DNA from: Desulfatiglandales bacterium
GTDB taxonomy: Bacteria; Desulfobacterota; DSM-4660; Desulfatiglandales; Desulfatiglandaceae
Direction: 5' to 3'
DNA length: 64,000 nt
Assembly (NCBI GenBank): GCA_963663335.2
Contig: CAXXLN010000003.1
Location: 332,358-396,357 of the forward strand
Under the pieces are notes generated by a model. The model saw nothing but the letters and a program-made list of their open reading frames with translations, had not been told where the DNA came from and made no database searches. The first letter of the stretch is position 1. Each line of letters begins with the position of its first letter. Shown here piece by piece: positions 38,379-49,132 of the stretch. The position numbers and the translations under genes are program-made.

Positions 38379-39390
38379 AATAATCGCACAAATCCCGTGA
38401 TACATTTCGAATAAATGCGCCCCTGTATCTCCCCGTAATAAAAACCGTCAGGACAAACTGCCGACCATTCGGGAGTACCACGATTCCGGCGTCGTGAAAT
38501 GTGTCGGAGGTGGTGCCCGTTTTTGAAAAGACTTGTGACCCTTTTGGTGTTCCTCCCGCGATTCTCATTTGCTGATAGGCCTGATTCCTGACGTCTCGAA
38601 ACATCAGTTCGCACATTTGATTGCAGCTCTTCGGGTCGGCCAATGCGTCAGCGGCGAGAATCTGAAGAAATCTGGCGGCGGCAACCGCTGTCATGGAATT
38701 ACGGTTCAACCAGGGGCCTGAAGGCTTACCGTCTCTCAGAAACTGTTTTTCGCCCGGCGGAATGGGGGAGCCCCAGGTCTTCTGGCAGGCGTTGATATCC
38801 TCAATGCCAAGGGATCGCAACCAGAGATTGCACGCATTCCGTTTGCGGGCAAAGTCTTCATAGTCTTCTGCCGTCCGGAGGTCTCCCCCTGATGTACCAC
38901 TCCATAAATCGACTACCCAGGCGGTGGCCGTGTTGCTGGAAGGGTGTATCATCTGATAGAGTTTCCGGTGAACCTGAGGGGTGATATCGAGCTTCCCTTC
39001 TTCAGCCAGGTGGTAGACATAGCCCATGTATATCATTTTGATGACGCTGGAGGGATAAATGGGTTTGCGGCCGTTATATTGTGCCAGGCGCGGTTTTTTC
39101 GGGTTTGCCAGGTCAATGAGGCCCAGGTGTACCTGGTTGGACATGAGGCCGGGTTGGGTTTTGAGGTTCCGGGCCACAATTTGATTCAGTACATCCTGAA
39201 GTTGTTTTGAAACAACAGGCCGGGGAGGTAAAGGGATGCGTTCCGCTGCATCGCAGTCCCTATTCGGGTACGTTGGTGACAACAGAAAAACGAACAAAAG
39301 GATTCCCAATATCCACCGGTTGCCGCAGTATGGATATTGAACGTTTTTGTATCGTCCCAATGTTAATGAGGTGAAAAAGGTATTCCACAT
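38365..39390 (-). CDS. Secreted serine hydrolase, class A beta-lactamase-like fold
   Basis: SSVIK (SxxK), SSN, KTG motifs; hydrophobic N-terminus. Confidence 0.8.
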   Translation of the reverse strand: MWNTFFTSLTLGRYKNVQYPYCGNRWILGILLFVFLLSPTYPNRDCDAAERIPLPPRPVVSKQLQDVLNQIVARNLKTQPGLMSNQVHLGLIDLANPKKPRLAQYNGRKPIYPSSVIKMIYMGYVYHLAEEGKLDITPQVHRKLYQMIHPSSNTATAWVVDLWSGTSGGDLRTAEDYEDFARKRNACNLWLRSLGIEDINACQKTWGSPIPPGEKQFLRDGKPSGPWLNRNSMTAVAAARFLQILAADALADPKSCNQMCELMFRDVRNQAYQQMRIAGGTPKGSQVFSKTGTTSDTFHDAGIVVLPNGRQFVLTVFITGRYRGAFIRNVSRDLCDYFMKG

Positions 39391-39559
39391 GGTACGTCCT
39401 TCCTGAATTAAAGTTTCCCCTTTCTATCATCCCTCCAAGCTAATTTCAAGTTAGGAAACAAAACGTGGGTTCACTAACGGTTAAAAAAATGGATTGACCT
39501 TAAGCTCGGAAAATGGTTAATCTTTCAGAAAAATAAATCCGCAAGGAAAGGAAGCATGT

Positions 39560-40009
39560 ATGAAGAAATGCCTTGTCAAACTTTGTAGTATTGTGGCGAT
39601 TGCCGTTTTTGTAATCGGTCTTTCCGGATGCTCCAGTGAAAAAGTCTCCGAGGACGTAAGTTCCATCAAATCAAGGCTTGCGAAAATAGAAGAGAGGATT
39701 TCAAATATTGAAAAATCTTCGAAAAGGGTCGGGCTTCTGGAAAAAGACCTCCAAAAACTTCAGCAGTCCATGGACGCCTGGGAGCGGGCGATTACAGCGC
39801 GTCTCGCTCCCGTTTCAAAGAAGAAAGAGGGTTCAAAAACCAAAACGGTGACGTCCCAAAAGAAAGGCAAACCTTATGTTGTCGCAAAGGGTGACAGCCT
39901 TTTTAGTATTTCCCAAAAACACAATATGACCATTGATGGGTTGTGCCGGTTGAATAAAATTACTCGGAAAACGGTTCTGCAACCCGGGATGAAACTCCTT
40001 GTGAATTAG
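39560..40009 (+). CDS. Lipoprotein with a coiled coil and C-terminal LysM domain
   Basis: LSG-C lipobox; YVVAKGDSLFSISQKHNMT..LQPGMKL. Confidence 0.85.
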   Translation: MKKCLVKLCSIVAIAVFVIGLSGCSSEKVSEDVSSIKSRLAKIEERISNIEKSSKRVGLLEKDLQKLQQSMDAWERAITARLAPVSKKKEGSKTKTVTSQKKGKPYVVAKGDSLFSISQKHNMTIDGLCRLNKITRKTVLQPGMKLLVN

Positions 40010-40094
40010 GGCCGCTGCCCGCAGAACGGTTAATCCGTGCAGTGCCCTTTTGGACGAGCATTTGCCGTTATTATTGAAACGCTTTTGAAGGGGG

Positions 40095-40718
40095 ATGCCG
40101 ATGGATAAGGTTGACGTCAAGTTTGGTGAGTGGATTGAGAAGGGGTTTAATCTGTACAAGGAAAACTTCGGTATCCTCGTGCTGGCCTCCCTGATCGCCG
40201 TGCTTGTCAGTGCCATTACAGCGGGTGTTCTGGCCGGGCCCATGGCCGCGGGTGTTCTACTCATCGTCTTTCAGTTGCATGATCGTAAGGGACCCCGCCC
40301 GGAAGTGGGTACTCTGCTCAGGGGGTTTGATTTTTTCCTGAACAGTTTTTTGTTTTTTATCGTCTGGGGAATTGCCATTTTTATTGTGAGCCTGGTCCTG
40401 GGGCTGGTTCCCTGCATCGGCCAGCTGGCTTCCCTGTTTGTGGTTTTTGTGGCTCACGCCCTTTTGATGTTCGGGCTTTTTTTGATCGTGGACAGAAGAA
40501 TGGGGTTCTGGCCCGCCTCTCTCGAAAGTTTCAACATGGTGAAACGCAACTTCTGGCCTTTTTTAGGCTTTTCCGTTGTAACGAATCTCATCGGCGGTGT
40601 TGGCGCGGTGGCCTGTGGTATCGGGGTTGTTTTTACGCTGCCGATTCAGGTTTGTATCCTGACTGTGGCATATCGGGAAATTTTTAACGATCAGGCCGTC
40701 GATCCCGTTGATTCCTGA
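40095..40718 (+). CDS. Integral membrane protein of unknown function
   Basis: About 5 hydrophobic helices. Confidence 0.75.
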   Translation: MPMDKVDVKFGEWIEKGFNLYKENFGILVLASLIAVLVSAITAGVLAGPMAAGVLLIVFQLHDRKGPRPEVGTLLRGFDFFLNSFLFFIVWGIAIFIVSLVLGLVPCIGQLASLFVVFVAHALLMFGLFLIVDRRMGFWPASLESFNMVKRNFWPFLGFSVVTNLIGGVGAVACGIGVVFTLPIQVCILTVAYREIFNDQAVDPVDS

Positions 40719-40728
40719 TAGACCAAAA

Positions 40729-41190
40729 ATGACGATCAGGGCCGGGCTTTTGTGCCTGCAAAATGCAAAACGCCTGTTTTGGACCAGACCCGATTCCTAC
40801 TGGGACGTGGTGGTGGCGCATTTGCCCGTCGCGTTGCTGACCGGCCTGGGGTTGCTGCTCCCTCTCCGGGTTTCATTCCATTTTCTCCCTTTTATCAAAT
40901 GCACCTTTCTGACCGTGACCGGTTTGCCATGTCCGTTTTGCGGGTTTACCCGTGCGCTGTGGTCCATCTCAGCGGGCCAATGGCATGATGCGTTGCGTAA
41001 TTGCCCTCTCTCACTGGGAGTTTACGGCCTCATGGTCTTTCTTTTTATGTGGCATTCCAGCGCACTTTTGTTAGGGGTTAAAATGAAATCAGGTGCTTAC
41101 AATGCTTTCAAATCAGTTCACATCTGGTGGGTTATCGGTGTTCTGTTTTTTTTTAATTGGGTGTATCGGATCAGTTTAGGTCTGACATGA
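40729..41190 (+). CDS. DUF2752-family membrane protein
   Basis: CTFLTVTGLPCPFCGFTRA motif. Confidence 0.8.
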   Translation: MTIRAGLLCLQNAKRLFWTRPDSYWDVVVAHLPVALLTGLGLLLPLRVSFHFLPFIKCTFLTVTGLPCPFCGFTRALWSISAGQWHDALRNCPLSLGVYGLMVFLFMWHSSALLLGVKMKSGAYNAFKSVHIWWVIGVLFFFNWVYRISLGLT

Positions 41191-41220
41191 AGAGATTTCT
41201 TATCTGGAGTGTATGTATTT

Positions 41221-42450
41221 ATGATCGGAAAATCGAATAAAGAGTTGCCACGTCCCCTGGAAGGGATGCGCGTGGTGGAATACGGCCTTTTTCATGCAGG
41301 ACCCGGTGCGGGCGCCATTCTGGGGGATCTCGGCGCTGAAGTGATCAAGATTGAGCCTAAAGAAGGCGACCCCGAACGTTACTGGACGAGATTGGGGCAG
41401 TTAACCCTGGCCCTTCCCGATGGCGAGAGCGCCATGTTTCAGGCCTCCAACCGAAACAAAAAGGGGATTGGGGTGGATATTCAGAGCTCAGCGGGCCGGG
41501 AAGTATTTCATCACCTTATCAGAAAAGCCGACGTTTTTTTGACCAATATCCGGAAAAGCACCAAAGCCAAACTGAAAATCGATTATGCTTCGCTTTGTTC
41601 CGTGAACCCCACTCTGATCCATGCCAATGTTTCCGGATACGGCCCTGATGGACCCATGAGCGATTTGGGGGCTTTTGATCCCCTGGGGCTGGCCCGTTCC
41701 GGCATGATGTTTGTTTCGGGAACGGATGAACCGCTCCTGATGCATATCGGCATCCTGGATCAAGCCACCTCCATGACACTGAGCCACGCCATCATTACCG
41801 CCCTCTTTGTCCGTGAAAGAAGGGGGGTGGGGCAGGAGGTCCACGTCTCTCTTTTCGGAACGGCACAATGGTTGATGCACCCGACGCTGATGATCGGCAG
41901 TCTTCTCTCCGTGGAACCGGTGGTGCATCATGATCGAAACGCCCATTCTCCACTCAGAAATTTTTTTCGGTGCAGTGATGGAGAATGGATTATCGGCGCC
42001 CACCACCCGGAAGAAAAATATTGGGCCACTTTTTGCGAGGCCACCGGGCAGCCGAACCTGATTTCCGATCCCCGGTATGCGACCCTTGAAGCAAGGGCCG
42101 CGAACAGTGTGAAACTCATGAAACACTTTGACCCGGTCTTTGCCACCAAAACCCGGGATGAGTGGATGGACATATTTGTTTCCAGAGGGCTGATGTTCTG
42201 CTCCATCCAACACGCGGGAGAGGTCAAGAACGATCCCCAGGCACAAGCCAATGATTACGTGGTCGATTTTGATGACCCCTCTCTGGGAAAGATTCAGATT
42301 CCTGGATATCCGATTCATTTCAGCGCATGTAGGGCCGGGACCCGCAACCTGGCCCCGAAGCTGGGGGAGCACACTGCACCGGTTCTCAGGGAAAACGGGT
42401 ATAGCGAATCGGAAATTGATTCGATGATGGCATCGGGTGCCGTTTTTTGA
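41221..42450 (+). CDS. Family III (CaiB/BaiF) CoA-transferase
   Basis: LGDLGAEVIKIEP, NRNKKGI, SGYGPDGP, APKLGEHT. Confidence 0.92.
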   Translation: MIGKSNKELPRPLEGMRVVEYGLFHAGPGAGAILGDLGAEVIKIEPKEGDPERYWTRLGQLTLALPDGESAMFQASNRNKKGIGVDIQSSAGREVFHHLIRKADVFLTNIRKSTKAKLKIDYASLCSVNPTLIHANVSGYGPDGPMSDLGAFDPLGLARSGMMFVSGTDEPLLMHIGILDQATSMTLSHAIITALFVRERRGVGQEVHVSLFGTAQWLMHPTLMIGSLLSVEPVVHHDRNAHSPLRNFFRCSDGEWIIGAHHPEEKYWATFCEATGQPNLISDPRYATLEARAANSVKLMKHFDPVFATKTRDEWMDIFVSRGLMFCSIQHAGEVKNDPQAQANDYVVDFDDPSLGKIQIPGYPIHFSACRAGTRNLAPKLGEHTAPVLRENGYSESEIDSMMASGAVF

Positions 42451-42544
42451 TCATAATTTTAAAGCCTGTTGTAATTCAATCCGTACAAAATCCTTTTTAG
42501 GTGTTGCTACTTCTTTTCCTGAAAGAAACGCCCGCAAAAAAAAC

Positions 42545-42587
42545 TTGACATTAAAACAGTTGTTTCATACATACGTTTGTATGAAAC
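42545..42587 (+). promoter_or_regulatory. Promoter -35 and TetR-type operator of the efflux operon
   Basis: TTGACA 42545-42550; perfect IR GTTTCATACA-N6-TGTATGAAAC at 42562-42587. Confidence 0.7.
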
Positions 42588-42602
42588 GGAGGTTTGAACA
42601 GA

Positions 42603-43256
42603 ATGGCCGGGATTCCAAAGGCTGATATTCCGAAAGAACGGATTTTGTATGAAGCGGAGGTCCTGTTTGCGGAGCGAGGTTTCTATGCGGTGACCGTCCG
42701 GGAAATAACACGGGCGGCCCGCTGTAATCTGGCCGCGGTGAATTATCATTTCGGAAATAAGCAGAATCTTTATATGGAAGTTTTCAGATGTCTCTGGAAA
42801 CCAAGGGCCAAGCGGGTTCTGGTCCGTTTCGAGAAGCTGCTAGAGGCTCAAGGAGAGAGGACACTGCAAGGTATCATTCATGCTATTGCGGAAGCGTTTA
42901 TCAAGGGGCCCCTTTCAGAGGAAGAACGACTTCGCCATTCCCAATTGATGATTCGGGAAATGGCCAGACCCACGGAGGCCTTTGAAATGGTTATAGGCGA
43001 TGTGATCGGGCCGTTTCAGCAGAAATTGGTAGAACTGATCCGTCCTTTCATGCCCCGCGAAATGGGTCGGGTGGCCTTGTTGCTCCATATTCAGAGCATT
43101 ATCAGCATGGTCATCCATTTCAATTTTGCCAGAAATCCGGTGATGCGGATTACGGGCATGGAATATGATGATCAATTCACGGATGAACTGGTTGAACATG
43201 TGGTTAAATTCAGTCTGAACGGATTGAGCGGTGCCATGGAAGGGGGTCCGCCATGA
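42603..43256 (+). CDS. TetR-family regulator (CecR/YbiH-like)
   Basis: FAERGF..VTVREITRAARCNLAAVNYHFGNKQNLY. Confidence 0.9.
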   Translation: MAGIPKADIPKERILYEAEVLFAERGFYAVTVREITRAARCNLAAVNYHFGNKQNLYMEVFRCLWKPRAKRVLVRFEKLLEAQGERTLQGIIHAIAEAFIKGPLSEEERLRHSQLMIREMARPTEAFEMVIGDVIGPFQQKLVELIRPFMPREMGRVALLLHIQSIISMVIHFNFARNPVMRITGMEYDDQFTDELVEHVVKFSLNGLSGAMEGGPP

Positions 43257-44719
43257 GGCCTCTTAAGGGGCTGTGCTGGATGTTGTCGGCCGTTTGTCTG
43301 TGGACGAGCGGTTGCATGAAGATGGGGCCGGATTTCAAGAAGCCCGATCTTCAAATGGCCCAGCCGAAAAAGTACCAGTATGACCCGAAACAGGGAGTGC
43401 CGATTGTTCCGGAAGACCGGTGGTGGGAGGTCTTCGGCGATCCGCATATCAACGACCTGGTGGAGAAGGTGCTGAAGAACAATCTCGATCTTCAACAGGC
43501 GGCCGCCCGTATTCTGGAACTGCAATACCAGGTGATTCAGACCCGGGCGGACCGGTTTCCGACTTTGGGCTTTAAGGGCGGTGCACAACGGCAGCATGAG
43601 CCCGAGTCGATTTTCGGCCCCGGCATTCCTGTCGGCGGAACCGATACGCAGTACAGCGTCTCCCTGCCGGCTTCCTATGAGATGGACCTGTGGGGGAAAT
43701 ATGCCCGGGCCGAGGAAGCCTCACGGGCCCAGTTGTTGCAAGAAGAAGAAAATCGTTTAACCCTTTCCCAAAGCCTGGTCGCTGAGGCCGTCTCCCTTTA
43801 TCTGCGGATCCAGTCCATCGAAAGACGGATTCAGATTACCCTTCAGAGCCTGAAAAACTATCAGGAAAGCGTTACATTTGTGGAGCGTCGTTACAAAAGG
43901 GGATTGACCAGTATCCTTGATTTGAGACAGGCCCGGCGGACCTTGAACCAGGCAAAGGGTAATCTGCCGCAATTCAGGCAGGAACTGGGGACGGCGCAGC
44001 AGGCCCTTGCGGTGATTCTGGGGGAATATCCCAAAACCCGAAAGCCTTATCCGCAACCGGAAGACTACTACAAAAAACTCAAGCCCATACCGCCGGGGCT
44101 CCCCAGCGAACTGCTGTTGCGCAGACCGGATATTCGGGCGGCAGAGGCGCAGTTGAAATCCCTGAATGCCCGGATCGGCGTGGCAAAAGCCAGCCGTTTT
44201 CCCAGCATCAACCTGACGGGCAGTTATGGCTATGCCAGCGAAGAACTCTTCAACCTTTTTCAGCCCGGGGCCGCCTGGAGCCTGGCGGCTGCACTGGCGC
44301 AACCCCTGTTTGACGCCGGTCGACTCAAAGCCAACCAACGGGCGGCCGAAGCACGATACGCCCAGGGGGTTGCGGCGTACCAAAAGAAAGTTCTCGATGC
44401 TTTCAGAGAGGTGGAAAATGCGCTGCTGACCCGCAGAAAACAGATTGAACGCCGTACGGATGTCTTGAGTTTTGTGGTGGAAGCGCGTGCTACCCAGCGG
44501 GTTGCGGAAGAACGATATATGCGGGGCCTGGTCGATTACTTGACCGTACTGAATGCCCAACAGACGCGGTTTGGGGCGGAGGATCAACTGCTGCAGGTGG
44601 AGTTGACGATCCTGGCAAACCGCGTTACCCTCCATCGCGCTCTGGGCGGCGGCTGGGCGGTGTTGCCTCCGGTCAAAGGAAAAGAAACGGAAGGGATAGC
44701 GTCTTATACCATCTGGTGA
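43253..44719 (+). CDS. RND efflux outer-membrane lipoprotein (NodT/OprM-like)
   Basis: TSG-C lipobox, WWEVFGD, YEMDLWG, PSELLLRRPDIRAAE, RALGGGW. Confidence 0.92.
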   Translation: MRPLKGLCWMLSAVCLWTSGCMKMGPDFKKPDLQMAQPKKYQYDPKQGVPIVPEDRWWEVFGDPHINDLVEKVLKNNLDLQQAAARILELQYQVIQTRADRFPTLGFKGGAQRQHEPESIFGPGIPVGGTDTQYSVSLPASYEMDLWGKYARAEEASRAQLLQEEENRLTLSQSLVAEAVSLYLRIQSIERRIQITLQSLKNYQESVTFVERRYKRGLTSILDLRQARRTLNQAKGNLPQFRQELGTAQQALAVILGEYPKTRKPYPQPEDYYKKLKPIPPGLPSELLLRRPDIRAAEAQLKSLNARIGVAKASRFPSINLTGSYGYASEELFNLFQPGAAWSLAAALAQPLFDAGRLKANQRAAEARYAQGVAAYQKKVLDAFREVENALLTRRKQIERRTDVLSFVVEARATQRVAEERYMRGLVDYLTVLNAQQTRFGAEDQLLQVELTILANRVTLHRALGGGWAVLPPVKGKETEGIASYTIW

Positions 44720-44756
44720 TGGACACCAGGTTACCCAAAGAGAAGAGTGGTGCATT

Positions 44757-45944
44757 ATGAGCAAAAGGAAAAAGCGATTCATTCAGATTTTGTTTGCCAT
44801 TATTCTGATCGCATTGGGCGCTTTCGGAATGATAAAGCTGACCGAAAGTAAACAGCAGATGAAAAAGCGGCAAACGGCAACGCCTGTTCCCATGGTGCGA
44901 ACCATGGTAGTTCAAACCGCATCCAAAGCCATGGTCGTTCACGGAGAAGGCACGGTAAAGTCGTTTGATGAGATTGATCTGGCGCCTCAGGTGAGCGGTA
45001 AGGTGGTTTTTCTTTCTCCTTCCATGATCAATGGTGGTGCCTTCAGGAAAGGGGACACCTTACTGCGCATTGAGCCTGAGGATTACCGGTTGGCTGTGAC
45101 CCTTCAGGAATCAAAAATCAAGAACGCTCAGAGCCTGCTTAAAATGGCCGAAGAAGAGACCGAAGCAGCAAAGGAAGAATGGCGTCAACTCTACGTGGAT
45201 GACGGTAAAGAGACTAAAGAACCACCGCCTTTGGTGCTCAAGCAGCCACAGTTGGCGGCGGCCAGGGCCAAACTGGAGGCGGATAAGGCGGACTTGCGAA
45301 ATGCCATGCTCTCTCTGATACGGACGGAGATCAAAGCGCCCTTTAATGGTCGGGTAGATGTGGAAGACGTGGGGTTGGGGCAGTATGTGAGGGTTGGTGA
45401 AAAGCTGGCGACCCTTTTTTCCACCGATGTGGTGGAAATTGTGGTGCCCCTTGATGATGAGAGCCTTTTCTGGTTTCATATTCCCGGTTTTACGCCCGGT
45501 GAGGGTCCGGGCGCTTTGGCAACCATTCGGGCCAATTTCGCCGGGCGTTCATGCACCTGGGAAGGCCGTGTGGTGCGTGCCGAAGGAAAGATGGATGAAC
45601 GGACCCGGATGGTCCGGGTGGTGGTCCGGGTTGAAAACCCCTATGCCGCCAAACCTCCGTTGGCTATTGGCCTTTTTGTGAAGGTTGAAATCAAAGGGCG
45701 TGAAATTCCCGACCTGGCGGTGATTCCTCGCAGTGCCCTTCATCAGGGGGATACGGTATGGCTGGTGGGCGCGGAAGATCGGCTCCATTTTAAAAAAGTT
45801 CAGGTGGCTAGAATCAATGGCGAGCAGGTCCAGGTCCGAGAGGGACTTAAAACCGGTGATCAGGTCGTCATATCGCCCCTTAAAACAGTGACCGAGGGTA
45901 TGACCATTCGGCCCGTGCCGCAAAAGGAGGCGGTAAAGGGATGA
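44757..45944 (+). CDS. RND efflux membrane-fusion protein
   Basis: N-terminal TM, APQVSGKV, IKAPFNG, VIPRSAL, GLKTGDQVV. Confidence 0.92.
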   Translation: MSKRKKRFIQILFAIILIALGAFGMIKLTESKQQMKKRQTATPVPMVRTMVVQTASKAMVVHGEGTVKSFDEIDLAPQVSGKVVFLSPSMINGGAFRKGDTLLRIEPEDYRLAVTLQESKIKNAQSLLKMAEEETEAAKEEWRQLYVDDGKETKEPPPLVLKQPQLAAARAKLEADKADLRNAMLSLIRTEIKAPFNGRVDVEDVGLGQYVRVGEKLATLFSTDVVEIVVPLDDESLFWFHIPGFTPGEGPGALATIRANFAGRSCTWEGRVVRAEGKMDERTRMVRVVVRVENPYAAKPPLAIGLFVKVEIKGREIPDLAVIPRSALHQGDTVWLVGAEDRLHFKKVQVARINGEQVQVREGLKTGDQVVISPLKTVTEGMTIRPVPQKEAVKG

Positions 45945-48900
45945 AAGGAATGATTGCCTGGTTTGCGGAAAACCACGTCGCCGCCAATCTGCTCATGCTC
46001 TTTCTCGTGCTGGCGGGTGCCGTCACGGCCTTTACCATGAAGGTTGAGGTCTTTCCCGAGTTTTCTCTGGACATGATCACCGTGACCACCTCCTATCCCG
46101 GTGCCTCCCCCTCTGAGGTGGAAGAAGCCATTGTTCGGCGCATCGAGGAACGGGTGGCGGGACTCTCCGGCATCAAGCGCATCGATTCCACTTCTCGAGA
46201 AAGTTTGGGAACCGTCACCATCGAGGTCATGAAAGACTGGCCCCTTAAGAAATTGCTGGATGAGGTCAAAAGCGAGGTGGACAGTATTACCACCTTTCCC
46301 AATGAGGCGGAACGGCCCATTGTGCGGGAAGTGACCCGAAGGAACCGGGTGATCAGTCTGGCCGTCTACGGGGATGCTTCCGAGTCCACCATCAAGAATC
46401 TGGCGGAAAAAGTCAAAGACGAAATCATCAATCTTCCGGGCATTACCCAGGCGGATCTGGCAGGGGTCAAGACCGGTGAAATTCATATCGAGATCTCCGA
46501 AGAAACCCTCCGGCGGTACGGTTTGACCCTGGGAAAGGTAGCGGAGGCTGTCCGTAAAGGGAGTCTGGATCTGCCGGCGGGCCGTGTAAAGACTGTAGGC
46601 GGGGAAATTCTGATCCGCACCAAGGGGCGGCGGTATTATGCCGATGAATATCGGGATGTGCCCATCCTCACCAATGCCGACGGTAGCAAAGTCACCTTGG
46701 GCCAGATTGCTGTTTTAAGTGACGGATTTGAGGACGTGGATCTGGCGGCCCGGTTTCAGGGAAAGCCCTGCGCTTTGATTGAAGTATTTCGCGTGGCGGA
46801 CCAGAACGCATTAACCGTGGCGAAAACCATCAAAGAATTTGCCGAAAAAATCCGACCGACACTTCCCGAAGGCATGAATATCGGCATTTACAATGATCGA
46901 TCGGTCATGCTCAAAAGCCGTCTCGATCTTTTACTGAGAAATATGGCGCTGGGTTTGATCCTGGTCAGCATCCTGCTGAGCCTTTTCTTGGATTTGAAGC
47001 TGGCTTTCTGGGTAACCCTTGGAATTCCCATCTCTTTTCTGGCGGGACTCTGGGTACTGCCCTATTTCGATGTGTCCATCAACATGATCAGTCTTTTCGG
47101 TTTCATCATGGTTCTGGGTATTGTGGTGGACGATGCCATTGTTATCGGGGAAAATGTTTTCCGGAAATATGAAGAAGGAATGGATCCCCTGAAAGGATCC
47201 ATCGACGGTGCCGTGGAGGTGGGAATGCCGGTGGTTTTTGCGGTCCTGACAACCGTGGCGGCATTCTGGCCCCTGTTGTCGGGGACGGGCAATATGGGTA
47301 AGGTCATGCGCAACATTCCCATTGTGGTCATTTTAGTGTTGCTGGGCTCATTGGTGGAATCCCTGACGATTCTGCCGTCTCACCTAAACCGAAGCCGAGG
47401 ACGCAAGGTCAGGCGTCTGTTGAAACCCAAAAAAGAGAAACTGGTTTCCAGAGGCCTCAAATGGTTTATCCGAGGGCCCTATACCAGACTGGTGGCATTT
47501 TGCGTGAGGTGGCGTTATGCAACCGTAGCCGTGGGCATTGCCATCCTTTTGTTGACTGTGGGGGTCTGGAAAGGCGGGTGGATACGCTTTACCTTTTTCC
47601 CCAAAGTGGAAGGGGACACGCTGACCTGTTCGGTCACCATGCCGGCGGGGACCTCCGTATCACGAACGGAAAAGGTGGTGAAACGTCTTGAGGAAACCGC
47701 CAGGGAAACCATTGCGGAAACGGAAAAACAACGCCCCAATGGTGGGGAACCCCTCCTTGAGTACATGATCTCCATCGTGGGTCTCCATACGGGAGGGCAT
47801 GGTCCCAACGCGGGATCGGGACAATCGGGAAGCCATTTGGCGCAGGTGTTCGTTCAACTCCTGGAAGGCGAAAGACGGGATGTGAGCGCCGTGGACCTGG
47901 TGAAATTGTGGCGGAAAAAAGTGGGTGCCATTCCCGATGCCGAATCCATCATGTTTCAGAGCGATCTTTTCAGCGCCGGCAACCCTGTGGAAGTCCACCT
48001 CTCCCTGGATGACCACGGGCAGCTTCTGGCGGCAAGCGATGATCTGAAGCAGGACCTGAGAAAATATCCGGGCGTGTTTGACGTGAGCGACAGTTTCCTT
48101 CCCGGAAAAGAAGAGATGCAGCTCAAGCTCAAGCCAGCCGCCCGAAGTCTGGGCTTGACCCTGAACGACCTGGCTCAGCAGGTGCGGGCCGCCTTTTACG
48201 GGGCCGAAGCCCTCAGGCTTCAGCGGGACCAGGATGAGGTCAAGGTTCTGGTTCGTTACCCGGAGGAGGAACGCCGGTCCCTGGGGTATGTGGAAGAGAT
48301 GCGGATTCGGTCCCCTGATGGTCAGGAAGTTCCTTTCCGTCAGGTGGCCGAAGTGAAAATGGAGCAGGGATATGCTTCTATCGAGCGGGCTCAGAGGCTC
48401 CGTGTCATCAAGGTGACGGCTGATGTGGATGAAACGGTGGCCAACGCCAATGAAGTGCGAATGGATCTGGAAAGCCGTATCTTACCCGATCTGAAACTGA
48501 AATACGCGGGTCTGCGATACACCATGGAGGGGGAAGGCAAGGAGCAGAAAGAATCCCTGGCCGATGTGGTGAGCGGATTTTCGGTGGCCCTTTTCTGTAT
48601 TTATGCCCTTCTGGCCATCCCTTTTAAGTCTTTCAGCCAGCCCCTTGTGGTGATGGCCGCCATTCCCTTCGGGCTGGTGGGTGCCATCGCGGGACATCTC
48701 ATAATGGGCCTCAATCTGAGTCTGTTAAGCCTTATGGGCATGGTGGGCTTATCCGGCGTGGTGGTTAATGATTCCCTGGTGTTGATCGATGCCGCCAACA
48801 AAATTCGAAAAAAAGGTGCGACTGCCAAAGAATCGGTAATTCTTGCGGGCGGGCTTCGCTTCCGTGCCATTATCCTTACGTCGTTAACCACTTTTGCGGG

Positions 48901-49102
48901 GCTGACGCCCATGATTATGGAAAAGAGCATTCAGGCTCAGTTTCTCATTCCCATGGCGGTGAGTCTCGGATTCGGGGTCATGTTCGCCACCGGTATTACA
49001 CTGCTTTTGATTCCATGCGGCTATGCCATCCTTGAGGATTTCCATAACCTGATGGGCTTAACCCGAAAAGGATCTGTTGAAGAGACCTCTGAAAACCCAT
49101 GA
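45941..49102 (+). CDS. RND efflux permease (AcrB/AcrD/AcrF family)
   Basis: 1053 aa; GIVVDDAIVIGEN, GVVVNDSLVL, RFRAIILTSLTT. Confidence 0.95.
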   Translation: MKGMIAWFAENHVAANLLMLFLVLAGAVTAFTMKVEVFPEFSLDMITVTTSYPGASPSEVEEAIVRRIEERVAGLSGIKRIDSTSRESLGTVTIEVMKDWPLKKLLDEVKSEVDSITTFPNEAERPIVREVTRRNRVISLAVYGDASESTIKNLAEKVKDEIINLPGITQADLAGVKTGEIHIEISEETLRRYGLTLGKVAEAVRKGSLDLPAGRVKTVGGEILIRTKGRRYYADEYRDVPILTNADGSKVTLGQIAVLSDGFEDVDLAARFQGKPCALIEVFRVADQNALTVAKTIKEFAEKIRPTLPEGMNIGIYNDRSVMLKSRLDLLLRNMALGLILVSILLSLFLDLKLAFWVTLGIPISFLAGLWVLPYFDVSINMISLFGFIMVLGIVVDDAIVIGENVFRKYEEGMDPLKGSIDGAVEVGMPVVFAVLTTVAAFWPLLSGTGNMGKVMRNIPIVVILVLLGSLVESLTILPSHLNRSRGRKVRRLLKPKKEKLVSRGLKWFIRGPYTRLVAFCVRWRYATVAVGIAILLLTVGVWKGGWIRFTFFPKVEGDTLTCSVTMPAGTSVSRTEKVVKRLEETARETIAETEKQRPNGGEPLLEYMISIVGLHTGGHGPNAGSGQSGSHLAQVFVQLLEGERRDVSAVDLVKLWRKKVGAIPDAESIMFQSDLFSAGNPVEVHLSLDDHGQLLAASDDLKQDLRKYPGVFDVSDSFLPGKEEMQLKLKPAARSLGLTLNDLAQQVRAAFYGAEALRLQRDQDEVKVLVRYPEEERRSLGYVEEMRIRSPDGQEVPFRQVAEVKMEQGYASIERAQRLRVIKVTADVDETVANANEVRMDLESRILPDLKLKYAGLRYTMEGEGKEQKESLADVVSGFSVALFCIYALLAIPFKSFSQPLVVMAAIPFGLVGAIAGHLIMGLNLSLLSLMGMVGLSGVVVNDSLVLIDAANKIRKKGATAKESVILAGGLRFRAIILTSLTTFAGLTPMIMEKSIQAQFLIPMAVSLGFGVMFATGITLLLIPCGYAILEDFHNLMGLTRKGSVEETSENP

Positions 49103-49132
49103 TCTTCGCTGTTACCCTTGGAGAATAGACCC

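Noticed and set aside
38365-39390. Bona fide class A beta-lactamase resistance gene
   Set aside because: SxxK/SxN/KTG are present but I cannot identify the omega-loop ExxLN motif; a PBP-like hydrolase is more likely.
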